A DNA stretch of 56,446 nt, filler included, from Gonapodya sp. JEL0774 (Eukaryota): NCBI GenBank assembly GCA_027604505.1. It is 2 parts of 2 records of this genome, joined end to end, with 100 filler letters (N's around TTAATTAATTAA, not from the genome) between each part and the next. Parts side by side here need not be neighbours in the genome. Positions count along the whole stretch, not along the records: positions 1 to 28,259 come from JADIIX010000212.1; positions 28,360 to 56,446 come from JADIIX010000213.1. The stretch is one strand, 5' to 3'. How positions within the stretch are numbered: position 1 is the stretch's first letter; each line of letters begins with the position of its first letter. The translations under genes and the position numbers were made by a program. This document shows, in pieces, positions 23,301-36,094 of the stretch. The notes under the pieces were generated by a model, which worked only from the letters and a program-made list of their open reading frames with translations, was not told the DNA's origin and did not search any database.

Positions 23301-26300
23301 TCACATCACCAACCCTCTCTTACTCCTCATCACAAGCTGCCCCGTCAAATCATTCAGATACCATTCCGCAAAACCGGCTAATTGCGCTTTCTCCTTGAAC
23401 ACCTTCAAAGAAACCGCCCAAAGCTCTTCGACCAAGATAGCGGTCATCTCACATTCCGGATTGTGCAGTGAGACTCGAACGGAGCTATTATGTGAAGTAG
23501 TTGAAGAATTCGGGTAGTGGATGAGTTGGTTGGGAGGTTCAACCAAGAAGCGAAGGGATTTTCTTTGAGGGTTTGCAGCAGGGGTTGTGGAGGCGAGGTC
23601 GCTACTGTCGTACATCAACCAATAACCACCCTGTAACCGTCACCACTTACCTCCCCGCCACCGCAAACCTCAACTCGCCGACCTTACTTCTTCCCTCCCG
23701 CCCCCACGCCTGACTCTCCCGAACCCAATTCCAGCTCCACTTACAGCGCATGGCCTCGCACACCGTATCCCCAGCAAACCTGCGAGCAATGTCTCGAACC
23801 TCTGCGCAAAGGTCTTGGTATTGAAATGTCGTGGCGAGGGAGGAGAAGAGACGCAGGGGTGGACTATCGAGGAGTTGGTTTGGCACTAAAACATTCACAC
23901 GCATCACACGACGACAACGCACCGCTCCCTCCGTCGTCCCGGCCCGTGGTCTTGTGAGAAGTTCTCCCCATACGAATCGAGGACGTCAGAAGCCATTTTT
24001 ATCTCACCAAGGACAGAGCGACGGGACCACGTCGGGTCAACTGCCGGACTAGTAAGAGGAGATGAGGTTGACTTGACTGTGTATGACTGATTGGGGGGAG
24101 GGGGAGAGAAAGGATATGGAGAAGAATGAGGAGCTGAACCACATCAAACTGGACGAACTACCCACATACCATCCCCTCCATTCTATCCATATTATCTGGG
24201 TCTCCCTTCTCGCGCGCTTTCTCCGGCGCACGCCCCTCTTGTCGCTCCGGTTCCCTGCCCAGAATTATCTTGGCGGTCACACCCTCAATCTCTGCGTTAT
24301 CCTTCCCCACTACCGCATTGGTATAGTGCGGAGACCATGCGTCTCGAAGTTCTGCGGTGACCTGCAGGTTCCGTTGGCCAGAAGAATTTCAAAAACAAGT
24401 GGATTGTAGAGTGGTAGAGAATGATGTTTTGGGGACAGGAGCCAGAGAGAAAATGAGACAAGGTACAGGCACCGTCATCCATAGCAACACATACCAAAGC
24501 CAGCACATCCTCCGTGAATAGGCGGCGTTGGGCCCTTACGAGAGTTTTGACGGTCGGGGTTTGTGCAGCGCTGACTGCGCATATTCATTCGGGATGTAAG
24601 CGTGTATCGGGGTGCCGGAGATGAATCAACCACGGTAGCCCGCATTGCCTGTGAGATTTGCGTAACACGCTCGCCGAAACACAAAACCACCCTACGCACC
24701 CACTCCATCCCACCACCCTGGTTCCCCATCCCACCACTCCTTGTGTCTCTGGTCCACCTCTTTCAGCAGACTCGCGAGCTCCGAATCCACAGGCGCGGAC
24801 ATTCCACGCCTCCCCTTGCCATCCACTTCGATCTCCCTGTCCCGCACACTTCCTCCACCGAGGCCATCCCCACTTAAATTGAACGCTGATGTTTGCGCTT
24901 GCACAGTCGTTCCGAGCGGCACTACCCGCAACCGGATGGATCCTAGCGCATCTCCCCCTGGAACAATGATGCTCGGCTGCGGAGGTACGTCAGACGCGCT
25001 CGCAAGAGTATTGTATGCCGGGTTTCGACCTCGGTCCTCCTCCACGCCTGACCTGGTCTTGCCATTGAGGTCTACCTCTGCCGACCCGCTTCTCGTTGCC
25101 GATATGCTGGCCTTGGCACCGGTTGTCGCCTTGTCTGCGTCGTCACCCCGCCGAATCACGGCGGGGCTTGGGTGGACATGCAACGCGCCGGCTTGGCACG
25201 GTACGCGAGTGTGGAGGAATGGTGATCACCACCGAAACGAGACGCGTACAAACCCGAGTTGGAATAAAGGAGTTGGGGTGACAGGGATGAAGAGTGTGGC
25301 GTTGAGGAAGAGAGTGTTGGGAAGAGAGATCGGTAGCGAACAAGGAGGAACGTATCATTCGTATTGGTGCCGGACGCACAAATCAAAGCGATAAGAAAAC
25401 TAGCTTCGGTTCCCGGGTCGTAGGGGGGAAACCAAAATCACACAAACGAGAGCCAGCAAAGTGCTCACGCCTTTCTCCGCCAGGCAGGTCACGTTCACGG
25501 ACACTGCATCCTTTCACTGACAAGAAACACCCGAGAGCCCGACAATGGGGATTCACGAGCATGAAGTCATTCAAACATGATCATTGAAGTAACCGCGCTC
25601 CTCTTTCAGAGTTCCATATTGACCTTATCCTGTCTTTCGCTTTGGAAATTTATCAAGGAGGGTCTTGGAGCTACCGTCGCAGACCCAATCCGGGAACGCG
25701 ATCTAGAACAAAGTTCCCCCCTTAGGAACCTTCCCCTACGTCCCAATCACATCCAAACTGTTGAACACCACCACACCCCCCCGCGGCGCCCCCCCCCCCC
25801 CCCCCAACCCCAAGCACCGCAAGCACCCCCGCCCACCCCCCTCTCACCTCCTACAAACCCGCACTCCACGGCGACTTCACCCCTCCCCCTTCTTGCGACC
25901 ATGAACCCGCTCCGCCTGAGCTCAAGGGCGGTCGTCTTGTAGAAGGCGTGGCTCCGGTGCACGAGGGATGAGAGGAGGGCGGAGTGGTTGAGGAGTTGAG
26001 TGGAGAGAGGTTGGAGGGACTTTGCGAAGGGAGGGGAGGAGCAGTGGGTACAGAAGTGAGGTGCCGTCGTGAGGTGTGCCGATGAGCGACATGTAGTCCG
26101 AGGAGTGCACCTTTGACAATCCAGACTCCTGGGTTGCAGGTTCATGGAGGCCGGTCTCTCGATACCCATATCCATGCGGGACTTCACATCCCATCCTCAC
26201 ATTGAAGATAAATTTGGCCGACAGAGCGGCCCTCTACCAATATTCTCCTGGTTACCCCTTGTCCTCAGACCTGTGTCACTTGCACTGACCAACTGCGCAG

Positions 26301-26458
26301 ACTCCCCCCACGCCACCACACCCGCCTCCACCACGCAGCACCCAACCAACCACAAGCACATTCTCCCATACCATGCCAAAACCCACCATGAAAGTTTCGA
26401 CTATGGCCTTGAAGTCGGCGACGTGCGCGCCCCTGTCCTTTGCCTTGTTTGGGAGCAC
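23301..26458 (-). CDS. Probable multi-exon hypothetical protein; boundaries uncertain
   Basis: Series of same-strand, protein-like ORFs (26276-26458, 25922-26200, 24692-25183, 24297-24506, 23647-23922, 23301-23618). At least one frame-preserving GTAAGT...CAG intron (23650-23606). No domain recognised. Confidence 0.4.
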
Positions 26459-28259
26459 CTCGGGTCCGAGACGGGCGGTGAGGAGTGGGCGGTCAATCTA
26501 CGTGTAACCAGACATGTAGAATTCAGTTGATATGGAGCGATTTTGGAGAAAGTGCGGAGAAGCACAATTTGTGCAGGTTGCGGGCATTGCGAAATGGGAG
26601 GTGAGAGCAGTCGGTGGTAAGAGGTCACCGAAACAGGATGGAAAGTTTGGCGACACGGCAAGGAAAGGCATAAAGCTACCAACATCCGCTCCCCGCACAC
26701 TATTGACCACGCCCGGTGACGGTTATGAATTATGAATAGCCCACACGACCTCACAGACACCCTCCCACTCTTTGCATCCTAAACCACCTCAAACCCGCAT
26801 AATGCTGCCGTGCACAAGTGTCGTGTCGTACGTCACCTTAGCCTGCCCCGTGCGCGGACCGGCAGGTCCTGCTACTGAGGGTGAGCCCAAAATGGACGCG
26901 ATTATTGTCCTCGCGATGTCGATCTCGTAGCGTGCGTGAGCGGTGTAACGTCGCCATACGTCCCACGGCGCTTCCTTCGGAGGCTCGGGTGGTGTGGGGT
27001 TGGGGGGTTCTGGTGTTTGGGTGGCTTGAATAGGTGGGCGGGAGTCCGAAGGAGCGGAAGAAGAAGATGGAGATTGACTCGATTGGAGGAGTCCGAGGTG
27101 TTGGATTGTGTATGCGAGGGATTCGACCTGGGAGGGGACGCTGTGGTGGGAGTCCGCGAGTCAGCGACGCGGGAGAACAGGGGAACGCGAGAGCGTGGCA
27201 CAGGCAGTGCCAGAGGCCAAATGCATGAAAAAAAAGGACGGTACGGGGGGCCGGGAAGGAAGCGAGCGATCACGTGTGCAGGTCTGAACAACCACCCACC
27301 GCTGGTTGAATCGAGTGTTGTTGACGTAGTCGAATGGTGCAGGGTCCAGTGCAGGGGCGAATGCGTCGATCGCAAGATTCAGTGACGTCATCTCCGACGG
27401 TGATGGGTTTCCGTCTGGGATCCACGCGATTTCAGTGAATGATGGAACTCTTCTCCTTGGCAACCACAGTGACTGTGGTCAAACTGACATTTGAATATTT
27501 GTTCAAATCGTTTCTACCCACAACAATTATAAGATAGAGAGGCGTTTCGCCTTAACGCTCGCCCGGGGCGTGCTTGATATATGTACATGTAATTCACGCC
27601 GAAACCGAAGGGAAGATGGAGGGAGAACTCATTTTTGGAACGCTTGAAAGACGGAATGCACCGTTTTTTCGTACCAAGTCTAGTCTGTATATCAATAAAT
27701 GTCTATGTATCTATGCTATGTCATACTTACATATTGTGAGATACGCCATGTGATTAGTTGATGTCAATAGGGGGAGTATAACCAGTATGAAGACAAGAAA
27801 CTGACAGTACAGCGCACCAGGCCCAAAACCGACAATCCACACAAAACCACCTACCAACCTCAGTTATGCTCTGAAAAATGAACGAATAACATATTTGAAG
27901 TCTCCTAGTAACTATCTATTAATTAAGAATTACTTGTTTTTTGGAGTTGGTCGGTCCCCAAAAAAATTGTCTATCAAAACTGCAGAGTTCTTCGAATCTA
28001 CACCTCCAAGTTGCCATTTCACTGCAAACGGGGCCACCCCGACCATTGCCAACCACAAGGACTCACACCCTATCATCTACAAGCAATCTAGAGTGGTTTT
28101 TACTCGCTGTGGGTCTGTGGTGGTTCGCGGCGGAACCGGTGGGTTTCTGTCCCGAAACTCAATGTATGTATGTCTGAACTCTAATACAGTGTGTCACCAA
28201 GCGGTCACAGCTGAGCCGCTGGCATAACTAAGATCACTAGAAAAATCTAAAAACTACTC

Positions 28260-28359
28260 NNNNNNNNNNNNNNNNNNNNNNNNNNNNNNNNNNNNNNNNN
28301 NNNTTAATTAATTAANNNNNNNNNNNNNNNNNNNNNNNNNNNNNNNNNNNNNNNNNNNN
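28260..28359. other. Artificial scaffold/contig linker (N44-TTAATTAATTAA-N44)
   Basis: Exactly 100 nt, with a palindromic all-frame-stop 12-mer at 28304-28315 centred between N runs. Confidence 0.95.
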
Positions 28360-29167
28360 ACGACGGGCTTGGGGGATAGTGAGGTCCGCGTTGGGGGAAG
28401 AAGCAGCAACATCGCGTTGTTGTATTGGAGAGGGTGGTTTGGGCGGCCCGACATTGCCGAACCCACCCGCGGTACTCGAAGAAGAATCTTCATATCCCGT
28501 TTTCTTCTTTTTTCGTGGCTTTGCAGTTCCCGAATTGGTTGTCACCCCGACTCGTCCATCCTGACCCAGGAGTGATTCAAACAGGTGTTCTGTAGGTGGA
28601 ATGTAAGGTCGAGCAGTCGCAGATGCGGTGTCCAGCGCAACCTTCACGATTGGTCCGAGCTTCGTTATGAGAAGCGAAGCGTTGGAGAGAAGAGCTGCCA
28701 GAAACTCGGTGGCGGAGGGTAGTGAGGAACTGGCAATGCCGGACCACGTGCGTGTAAGCACGGATGACGGTAGCCCGAAGGAGAAAGAGGAGGCATCCAT
28801 TGACGGTTCGTCGATGTGGTCAAGAAGCGGTGCCCACGCTGGAAGTGGAATGCGGACAGTGCGAGGGTGAGCCGAGAGTTTGACCCGAGAGATAACGCGG
28901 AGATAGAGTGTTGATGCAAAAGCGGCAACAGACGCGATAGCAAAGGCAAAGAGTGGAGCGAGAGGATGCGAAAGTTGCTCTTGTAACCTCTCCACGAGGA
29001 AGCTGCCGATTGCGGGAGGGTGTCATATTAATATCAGCCACGCAAGAGTCAGGAAGCCGTAAAGTATGTCACTAAGCGTCGGAAACTCACCGCATCCAAG
29101 GTTCCTCCCAGATAGTGATAGGAACGCCTTCATAGACAGTATGGGCGGACGCCAATGGAGCCGCCAT
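28360..29167 (-). CDS. Hypothetical protein with an N-proximal transmembrane segment, truncated by the gap (exons 29167-29091, 29002-28360)
   Basis: MAAPLASAHTVYEGVPITIWEEPWM then a GTGAGT...CAG intron joins in frame to RFLVERLQEQLSHPLAPLFAFAIASVAAFASTLYL. Basic PRKKKK patch further on. Confidence 0.6.
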
Positions 29168-29869
29168 GGTATCGCTGGACTGGGCGGGGTTTCCAAAACT
29201 TCGGAAACACTGCGCTCTTCGCCTGGACCATCCGCAGCTGGCACGCTAAAGCGTCACTTTTGAGTGTCTCGATAACTCCCAAGTAGAGGAGACGCCAGCT
29301 GGCGGGAACTGTGGTCCTGTCGGACGACGATAAGTTTCCGGTCTGGGCGTTCACAGACCGAAACTGGAGGCTCCGCGAGCTTGAACCGAGCACGTCTGCA
29401 GAATACTGCAATCTCGGCGTGTTGCACTTGTTATTCGCTGTGGGGACGAGTCGGTTTCGGAATGGAGGGACGAGGATTTCCACAAGCAAGGGTTAGCCTG
29501 GGATAAACAGGACACGGACAGCAACTAATTGAAACAAGGAGAACCAAAATTCAGGCATTAACAATCGTGGAATTTGCTCCGTGAAATCTTATGGCACTGC
29601 ATCTGCCCTTGGGAGCGCATTCATAAGCTCCTTTGAGTGGTCAGGAAGACTTCCAACGATAATTTTATTCGTTTATATAATGCCTCAAGCACAGACATCT
29701 AGTAAAACATTAGTCCAAGTGTTGGAGTAACAAGCCTCAGGTTTGGCGAGCTCAGCTCATGTGGTGGTAAAAGCTGATCGAGCAACCGCAAAACAGTCAG
29801 CATAAGCACGCAAAGCAACGGGGAGAGTAGCTCCACGGTTTTCGTCCTGGAAATCTGTACATCACGATC

Positions 29870-31583
29870 TTGGGGATGTTAAACGACCATTCCGCAGGCA
29901 GTTTTCTTCCAGCAGTCGATGCAATTTCTGGATACATGCTCAACACCCGTATCCTCCGCCGTGTTGGCTCGACACCGACAGTCCTCGGATCAGCGATTTA
30001 CGGTGTTGCCATACTCGGAGCTGATTGTATTACCATTGTCGATGCTGCGATCGCCGGAGCGAATGGAGACATCGGAGACGGAGCCATCGGGTCGATGACC
30101 ACGACCTCGTCGGGCGGTAGCTCTGCTTCAGCGACCAGTACAGCGGGAGTGAATCTGAATGGAGGACCACGTAAGTTCCGCACGCCTTCATAGTTGCGAG
30201 AGTAATGCGACTGTCTTTGAAATTTTAATGGCTCCAGTCAGCCAGTACCAAGGGGACATGTTCGTCGGGAGTCAACGCTACCTGTATCTCCTTGCATTTG
30301 TTACAATCGTGGGTGCAATGATTTTCGTATTGCTGGTCGGCATTGTGACCAGGTTGGTGCGGCGAATGGTGAGTTTGAGCATCCGCCGTGAAAGGCACGG
30401 GTGGACCCCGTCAGAGTGGATAGATATCGTCAGCCAATGACGCGTCTTTGAGGGTGATGGAGTTAATTCAACATGCAGAGCTCTTCCCTGCGATCTGATG
30501 ATCATCGTTATTGCTTCTTGTGATGACTTTCATTGTGCCCACCAGCGTCTTGCCGCACATCTTGCCCCACTCCGCCAACAAAATCCTTCGCTCTACCAAA
30601 CGTTACTCAATGCTCCTCCAAGTACAATCGATCCTGCCAATCCAAATCACTCTGTGGCCCTACTCAGGATTGCACATGGGGATCCCGGGGAGCGACGGTA
30701 TCATGGTGCGACAATGCACCCGGAGGCCCTCCAAAGGCTCTCAGCATGGACTGTTTCCGAGCAAACTCGGGCACTCGAAGGCGATGGTACCAGAAGCTGG
30801 GGTTCTTCGTGGTTCTCCCGGTGGTTCCGCGCGACTCCATCACACATGTCGAGAGATGATCTTGACCTCTCCAAAACACTTGCTAAGTCTGATCCAACTG
30901 AACTCAACAACTCCACGGCGCCCACACGACCCTCGATCTCCCCATCTCAATCCTCTCCGACAACATGCTCCATATGCCTGGAACCGCTTGCAACACCGGG
31001 CTCAGTTTTACGGGAATTGCCCTGTTCACATAGCTTTCACGCTTTGTGTGTCGATGAATGGCTGGTTGGGTGGCGGGGAGTTTGTCCCGTGTGCAGAATG
31101 GACCTCACAGGACGTTCGCAGGAAGAGGTCGCCGAAAGCGATCCTGCACAAGTACCGGCCCCCGCTCCCGCGGCGGTTAATACGCAAACCTCAGCTCACG
31201 GTACACGTATGACGTGGCAACAGGCTGGTGTAGCTTCCGCGGTGTTCTCACACGCCCTACCAACGCGGGTGTTTGTTATGTCGGGGAGTGGATCGACCAT
31301 TCTTGCTGGGCGGAACAGCCCAGTGCGGAATCCGGGAGTGGTGACACGTGCGGAAACTCTTCCCCATACCACAGTCGCGGGGCCCACAAGCACAGTGTTA
31401 CTCGTGGATGAATCAATCGTTGTAGGGGTTGCTCCTGAACAGGATCTGACATCACGGAGATCTGAAGATCGTGGTATATCCACAGTACGTGATGATACAC
31501 CCAGTGTGACTGCAGAGGCGGGGGAGCAAGATGGATCAATGGGCACGTGTCAAGATGTTACACAGAGGCAACCTTCGCGTTGA
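29870..31583 (+). CDS. Single-pass transmembrane RING-H2 E3 ubiquitin ligase (RNF13/ATL-like layout); 5' end uncertain
   Basis: [25 protein letters not shown] followed by basic TRLVRR. RING-H2 [43 protein letters not shown]. Donors GTAAGT ~30171 and GTGAGT ~30369. Confidence 0.85.
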
Positions 31584-32216
31584 CGAACTAACAGTAGGGT
31601 GCAGCCATCGTGCAGGATGAGTGATTTCCAGTGGGCGAGGAATGTGCAAGAATATATTGGAGTAATTTTATGTGATTGTTTCCCTGATTGATCCCCTTTT
31701 TGGTGACAAGTCTCACAGTGCAAGCTGAGAGAGGTGGTTGCAGATTTGTAGTTTGCTGCTTGATAATTGTATGTTCATGTAGTTATAATGATGTTCTGAT
31801 TCAGTTCAAGTGCACTAATGCGCTGGGACCCGCTGCGCGCTCATCACATGATAAAGGTACTGAGTAAACACCGAATATGTATCACGACAGATAAATCACG
31901 AGAAGCGGGGAGCTCGTAAACAACGCGCTAACACATGAAATTCTTCATCTCGGGTATTTATGATTTATGGTCGAATGGACGACAGTAAGATTGGTGTTTG
32001 ATATTAATGCTGGTCGAATGTGCAACAGATCAATTGCAGCAGGGACTAGAAAGACAAATGAAAAGACTCGAAAGCCAGTACAACTGATTGAGCATTATCT
32101 GTTAGTGGTTGCAATTACCAACATGCACAATATGTGATGTAAAAATTGCCAAAATTGAGCTCCAATTTAGATCCCAAAACTTTCTCCCCATCCACCGTCC
32201 CACCAAGGGCAACTCA

Positions 32217-34033
32217 CTACAACGCCTCCCTGATCTCCTTCAGCCGCTTCAAAATCTCCACAAACTTTGGCCTCTTTGCAGGGTAATGATCCCAGCATTC
32301 CTCTACCAAATGCTCCAGAGCCTCTGGCATATTGTCAGATTCCAGGATCAAGGGCCTGAGTTTTCGTCTCCTGTCAACAATGGAATCAAGAGGGAGGCCA
32401 TTGAACTCGTTCTCACTGTAGGGGATTCGTTCAGTCCAGATCTAAGCCAACAATGAGATTCGAATGGAATGATTAGAACTCATCAAGATTTGTAAGTTAC
32501 AGCACACGAGAGGGCTTACTCGAAAAACAGTCACTCCAAAAGCGTAAACATCACCTTCCTTTGTGGCCCCACCCCCAAGCAACCTCTCAGGTGGCATATA
32601 GGTGGTAGTTCCGATCCGCATTCCAGTTGATTCAGAAGGAGGTAAATCCACAATTTTCGCAGTCCCAAAGTCTGTTACCAAAGTGGTGTAATCGTCATCA
32701 ACAAGGGTATTTTGAGGTTTGAGATCGGCATGGACAATGTTGCGGATCTCATGGAGGTAGAGCATGCCAGCAGCAATGTCACAAAGCTGGGGGTAACACA
32801 ATAACAGTCAATCTTTGATCATCACAAAATCATCTTCAAATGCCAAATACAATACTCACAATGCGAAGCTTCATTTTTGGTGTTGCAAGAGTAGGATTCT
32901 GTTGGAGAAAGTTGACCACATCTCCATTCTTCATGAATTTGGAAAGAAAGAGAGGGCGAGGGGATTCCCATGAGGCACCAATGAGCGGGACAATGTTCGG
33001 GTGGTATCCAGCTGAGTGCCATGATGTCACTTCCCTATCAAAAGCCTACAAGGATACCGTAACAAGTCAAAGTGTAAATATTTCAGACAACAAACAGGAA
33101 TCAGTTACTCACGACTTTGTAGCTCTCCCTGGGTTGTCCATTAGGGCTGGTATCCAGGAGCAGGTATTTCCCTGCCACTGTTATTCCAGACCACTCACAC
33201 TTGTGTACAATGCCGAAGCTTCCTTGCCCAAGTTTCTCACCAACTGTAACATCTACATGATGAATGTGCCAGAGTGGTGGTTTTGCAGGGGTTTGAGTCT
33301 TCATTTCACCAGCAGGTGGAAGCGTTTGACTAGGAGAAGGCGATGTGGAGACTGGAGATGGAACAGGGTGTGGGATGGGAGCTGAATCAGTGTGAGGTTC
33401 GACTTGACGCTGCTGCAGTGCTCGCAAAAATGATGCATCAGGCCATTTGCGAGCAGCGTCAAGTTCGGTCCGGGTGACTGCAGCTCCGTGATAGAGGAGG
33501 AGTCGGACGATGGGGAGGGATGGACGAAGAGTGAAGGGGGTGATGAAAGCGTCCACTCTCTCCTTGGGATCCTTCAGCTGGACGTTCCCACCCTTGTGAT
33601 TGATCGCGAGTTGGTTGGCAGAGTCTGGTGCATCCACTGTACCACCGGTCCACGCTATCATTTTCCCCCCCCTTGCCACTGCCAGTGTCAGTGCTGATGG
33701 GAAGAAAAGCGTCCCCAACCAACGCAATCTGTTCCACGTGTCTGCATCCCACGATGGAAACCTGTATGCTAACTTCCACTCGCACACCCCATTCGGATCA
33801 GCACCTCCCTCGAGTAACGCCTTGACGACGTCCTCATTCGCAAGCAGAATCGCCAACGCCAACGCCGATTCGCATTCGACAGAGTCCATTTTAGTCTCGC
33901 GTCCGATCGTGCATGTCAACGTGACCCATTTCCGCGTGTTTGGGTTCGCTCCATCTGCCAGGAGCTGTTGGACACGTGGCGCCTGACCATTCTCCACGGC
34001 TTCAATTAGGAGAATATCGCTAGCGGTTGACAT
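32217..34033 (-). CDS. Ankyrin-derived module fused to a tyrosine-kinase-like (TKL) non-RD kinase, multi-exon
   Basis: N-terminus MSTASDILLIEAVENG...LLADGANPN. Kinase GEKLGQGSFGIV, VAGK, HPNIVPLIGA, DIAAGMLYLH, HADLKPQN, DFG, GTTTYMPPE, DVYAFG, ECWDHYPAKRPKFVEILKRL, TAG at 32217. Confidence 0.9.
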
Positions 34034-36094
34034 GCGGTCTTGTTCCGATTTTTGTGCTGTCGTGGTTTGTTTCCGTTTTGGTTGTGTTGCCGTGATCAGC
34101 AACTGCGGCATTCATTCCTGCGGACTTTCTCAGGCCTCTCCAACTTGGCTATCCACATCGATCACATTTTCAATTGTATAATATCTATATTGTGTTGTGC
34201 TCATAAAATACATCCTTTGACTACTGTGCCACTGCTGTCGGGCCCACCTCCCCCTCCATCCGGCATCCCTAGGCGCCCCGACCCACGGCACTCCCTCTCC
34301 AAACGTGCAACTCATCTGAAGCCCCCCAACTGCTGTTCCACAAACTCCAACTCTCCGTGCACTTCCCACGCGTGACCTTCAGCACTGTGCACGCGCGCGT
34401 CTCCACGTCCCGCACTTTCTCTCCCCCCCGCCGCGGACACATGTCGCAGATCTCATCTGAGTCTACTATCTCCAGCAACCTCGCCCCACCCCCTGTCTCC
34501 CCGCTTCCAAACTGGGCCGACCGCCACCACCTCTGGCCCCCTGGACCCCCGCACTCTCCTCTCCTCCATCCACCGCACTGTCAACTCACCTGATGGAACT
34601 CTCTCGCTCTTCCAAACTTCTCGGTTGCACTGCCGGCCTCAGGCTCAAAACCGCCACCCGCACACTGAGATACCAGTGCCAATTGCTTTACTAAGGGACT
34701 GTTTCCCCGCCACGTTCAGCGGCGTGCCCCTCGTGATTGGAAAGTCGTTCTCGCCCATGACGGTTCTCTGGCTTCCCGTCCCTGCCTTGCATGACCGCTC
34801 CCGTCCGTGATTGCTACTCCGCTCCGTTTCACCAGCAAAACCCACACCTTGTGCATCACCATCTGGATTCTGACGGCACTCTAAAGCTCGCGCACCCATG
34901 ACAGTGTTTGCCTGCCTCTTTATCTCCAACCCCTCGGAATCCACACGAACATCACTTCCAATTTCTACCATCCCCATCTGCACTACCCACTCACCTCGCT
35001 AATCGTCTAGGCTACCCTGTCTGTCTCCTCTTTCTCCTTCTGAGTCTTGTCTTCCCGGACTCCTCCGCTCAGGGTGTCTGTGGGTGGGTTGAAGACACTG
35101 GTTACCTGCCGCGACGAATTGAAAACTTTCGCAATCACAAGTGCCATGGGGTAAAGACGTGGCAGAACGGGGGAAGATTAGAGGTATGGGGCGCGGGTCA
35201 ATCTTTTGTGCGATGCGAGCGAGGAGCCGGGCGATCTGAGGAGGGAGGAATTGAGACGGAGAGATGAGTGAAACATAAGAAAATCACCTGAAAACAACGC
35301 CATCAATTTACACCGCGTTAGTTATGCTTCGTTCGCATGGCGTCCCGTCCGTCTTTATGTGCACCCCCGTTCCCCTCACGGCCTTAGATGAAGCGCCGGT
35401 CAGTCAAGAGGAAAGTTCTTAGGGGGCTTGCGCAGTTAGCGAATGAGGATGGAAGAGTTTCGGATATGGAGAATGAAGGATCCATCAAGGGTGGAGCGAC
35501 TAACCGGGAGTTCAAATTCACATTATGGGTTGGCCAGGAAAGACGATTCGGCGAATGGTTGGAGGCGAAGTTGTGTTGAAAGGTGGAATGTGTGAGTGCG
35601 CGATCGTCCCGTAAAGGTGCAGAAAGTAAATTGTAAGAAAACAAGAGCAAACTAGCGAGTCCAAATTGAAGAACATACAGCGAGAGGTGATAATTGATGT
35701 CGGGCCCCATTGAAGCTGCGAGAAGTAGATTGAGGAGGGAGGACAACATCAGAACGAAGTTGGGATGCCAAGGGAGCAGAAGAAAAGCCAACCCAAATCT
35801 CTTGTAATATCAGGTGGGAATGGGTACGTAGACGAGACCGCTCGTTCCGGGATAGCTCATCTGCTCGAGACCAAGTAGTAACACATGTCCGTCCCCGTCA
35901 CGCAGTCCAGTGACCTGTCACTGACACTAATCACGGTGAGTTGGCGTGGCTCCCGTTCGTCATTGAGCATTGTTGGCTTCTTTCACGTTCAGGCGGAATG
36001 ACAAAGTTGCGGATGACGGAGGTCAGAGAGATCGACAATAGCAAGTGTGAAAACGACACATCTTACTTGAAATTCTGATTGTTCAGTGAAGAAC

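Noticed and set aside
28304..28315. TTAATTAATTAA palindrome as a biological site or transposon footprint
   Set aside because: It is centred exactly in a 100-nt N gap, which is typical of an artificial stop linker.
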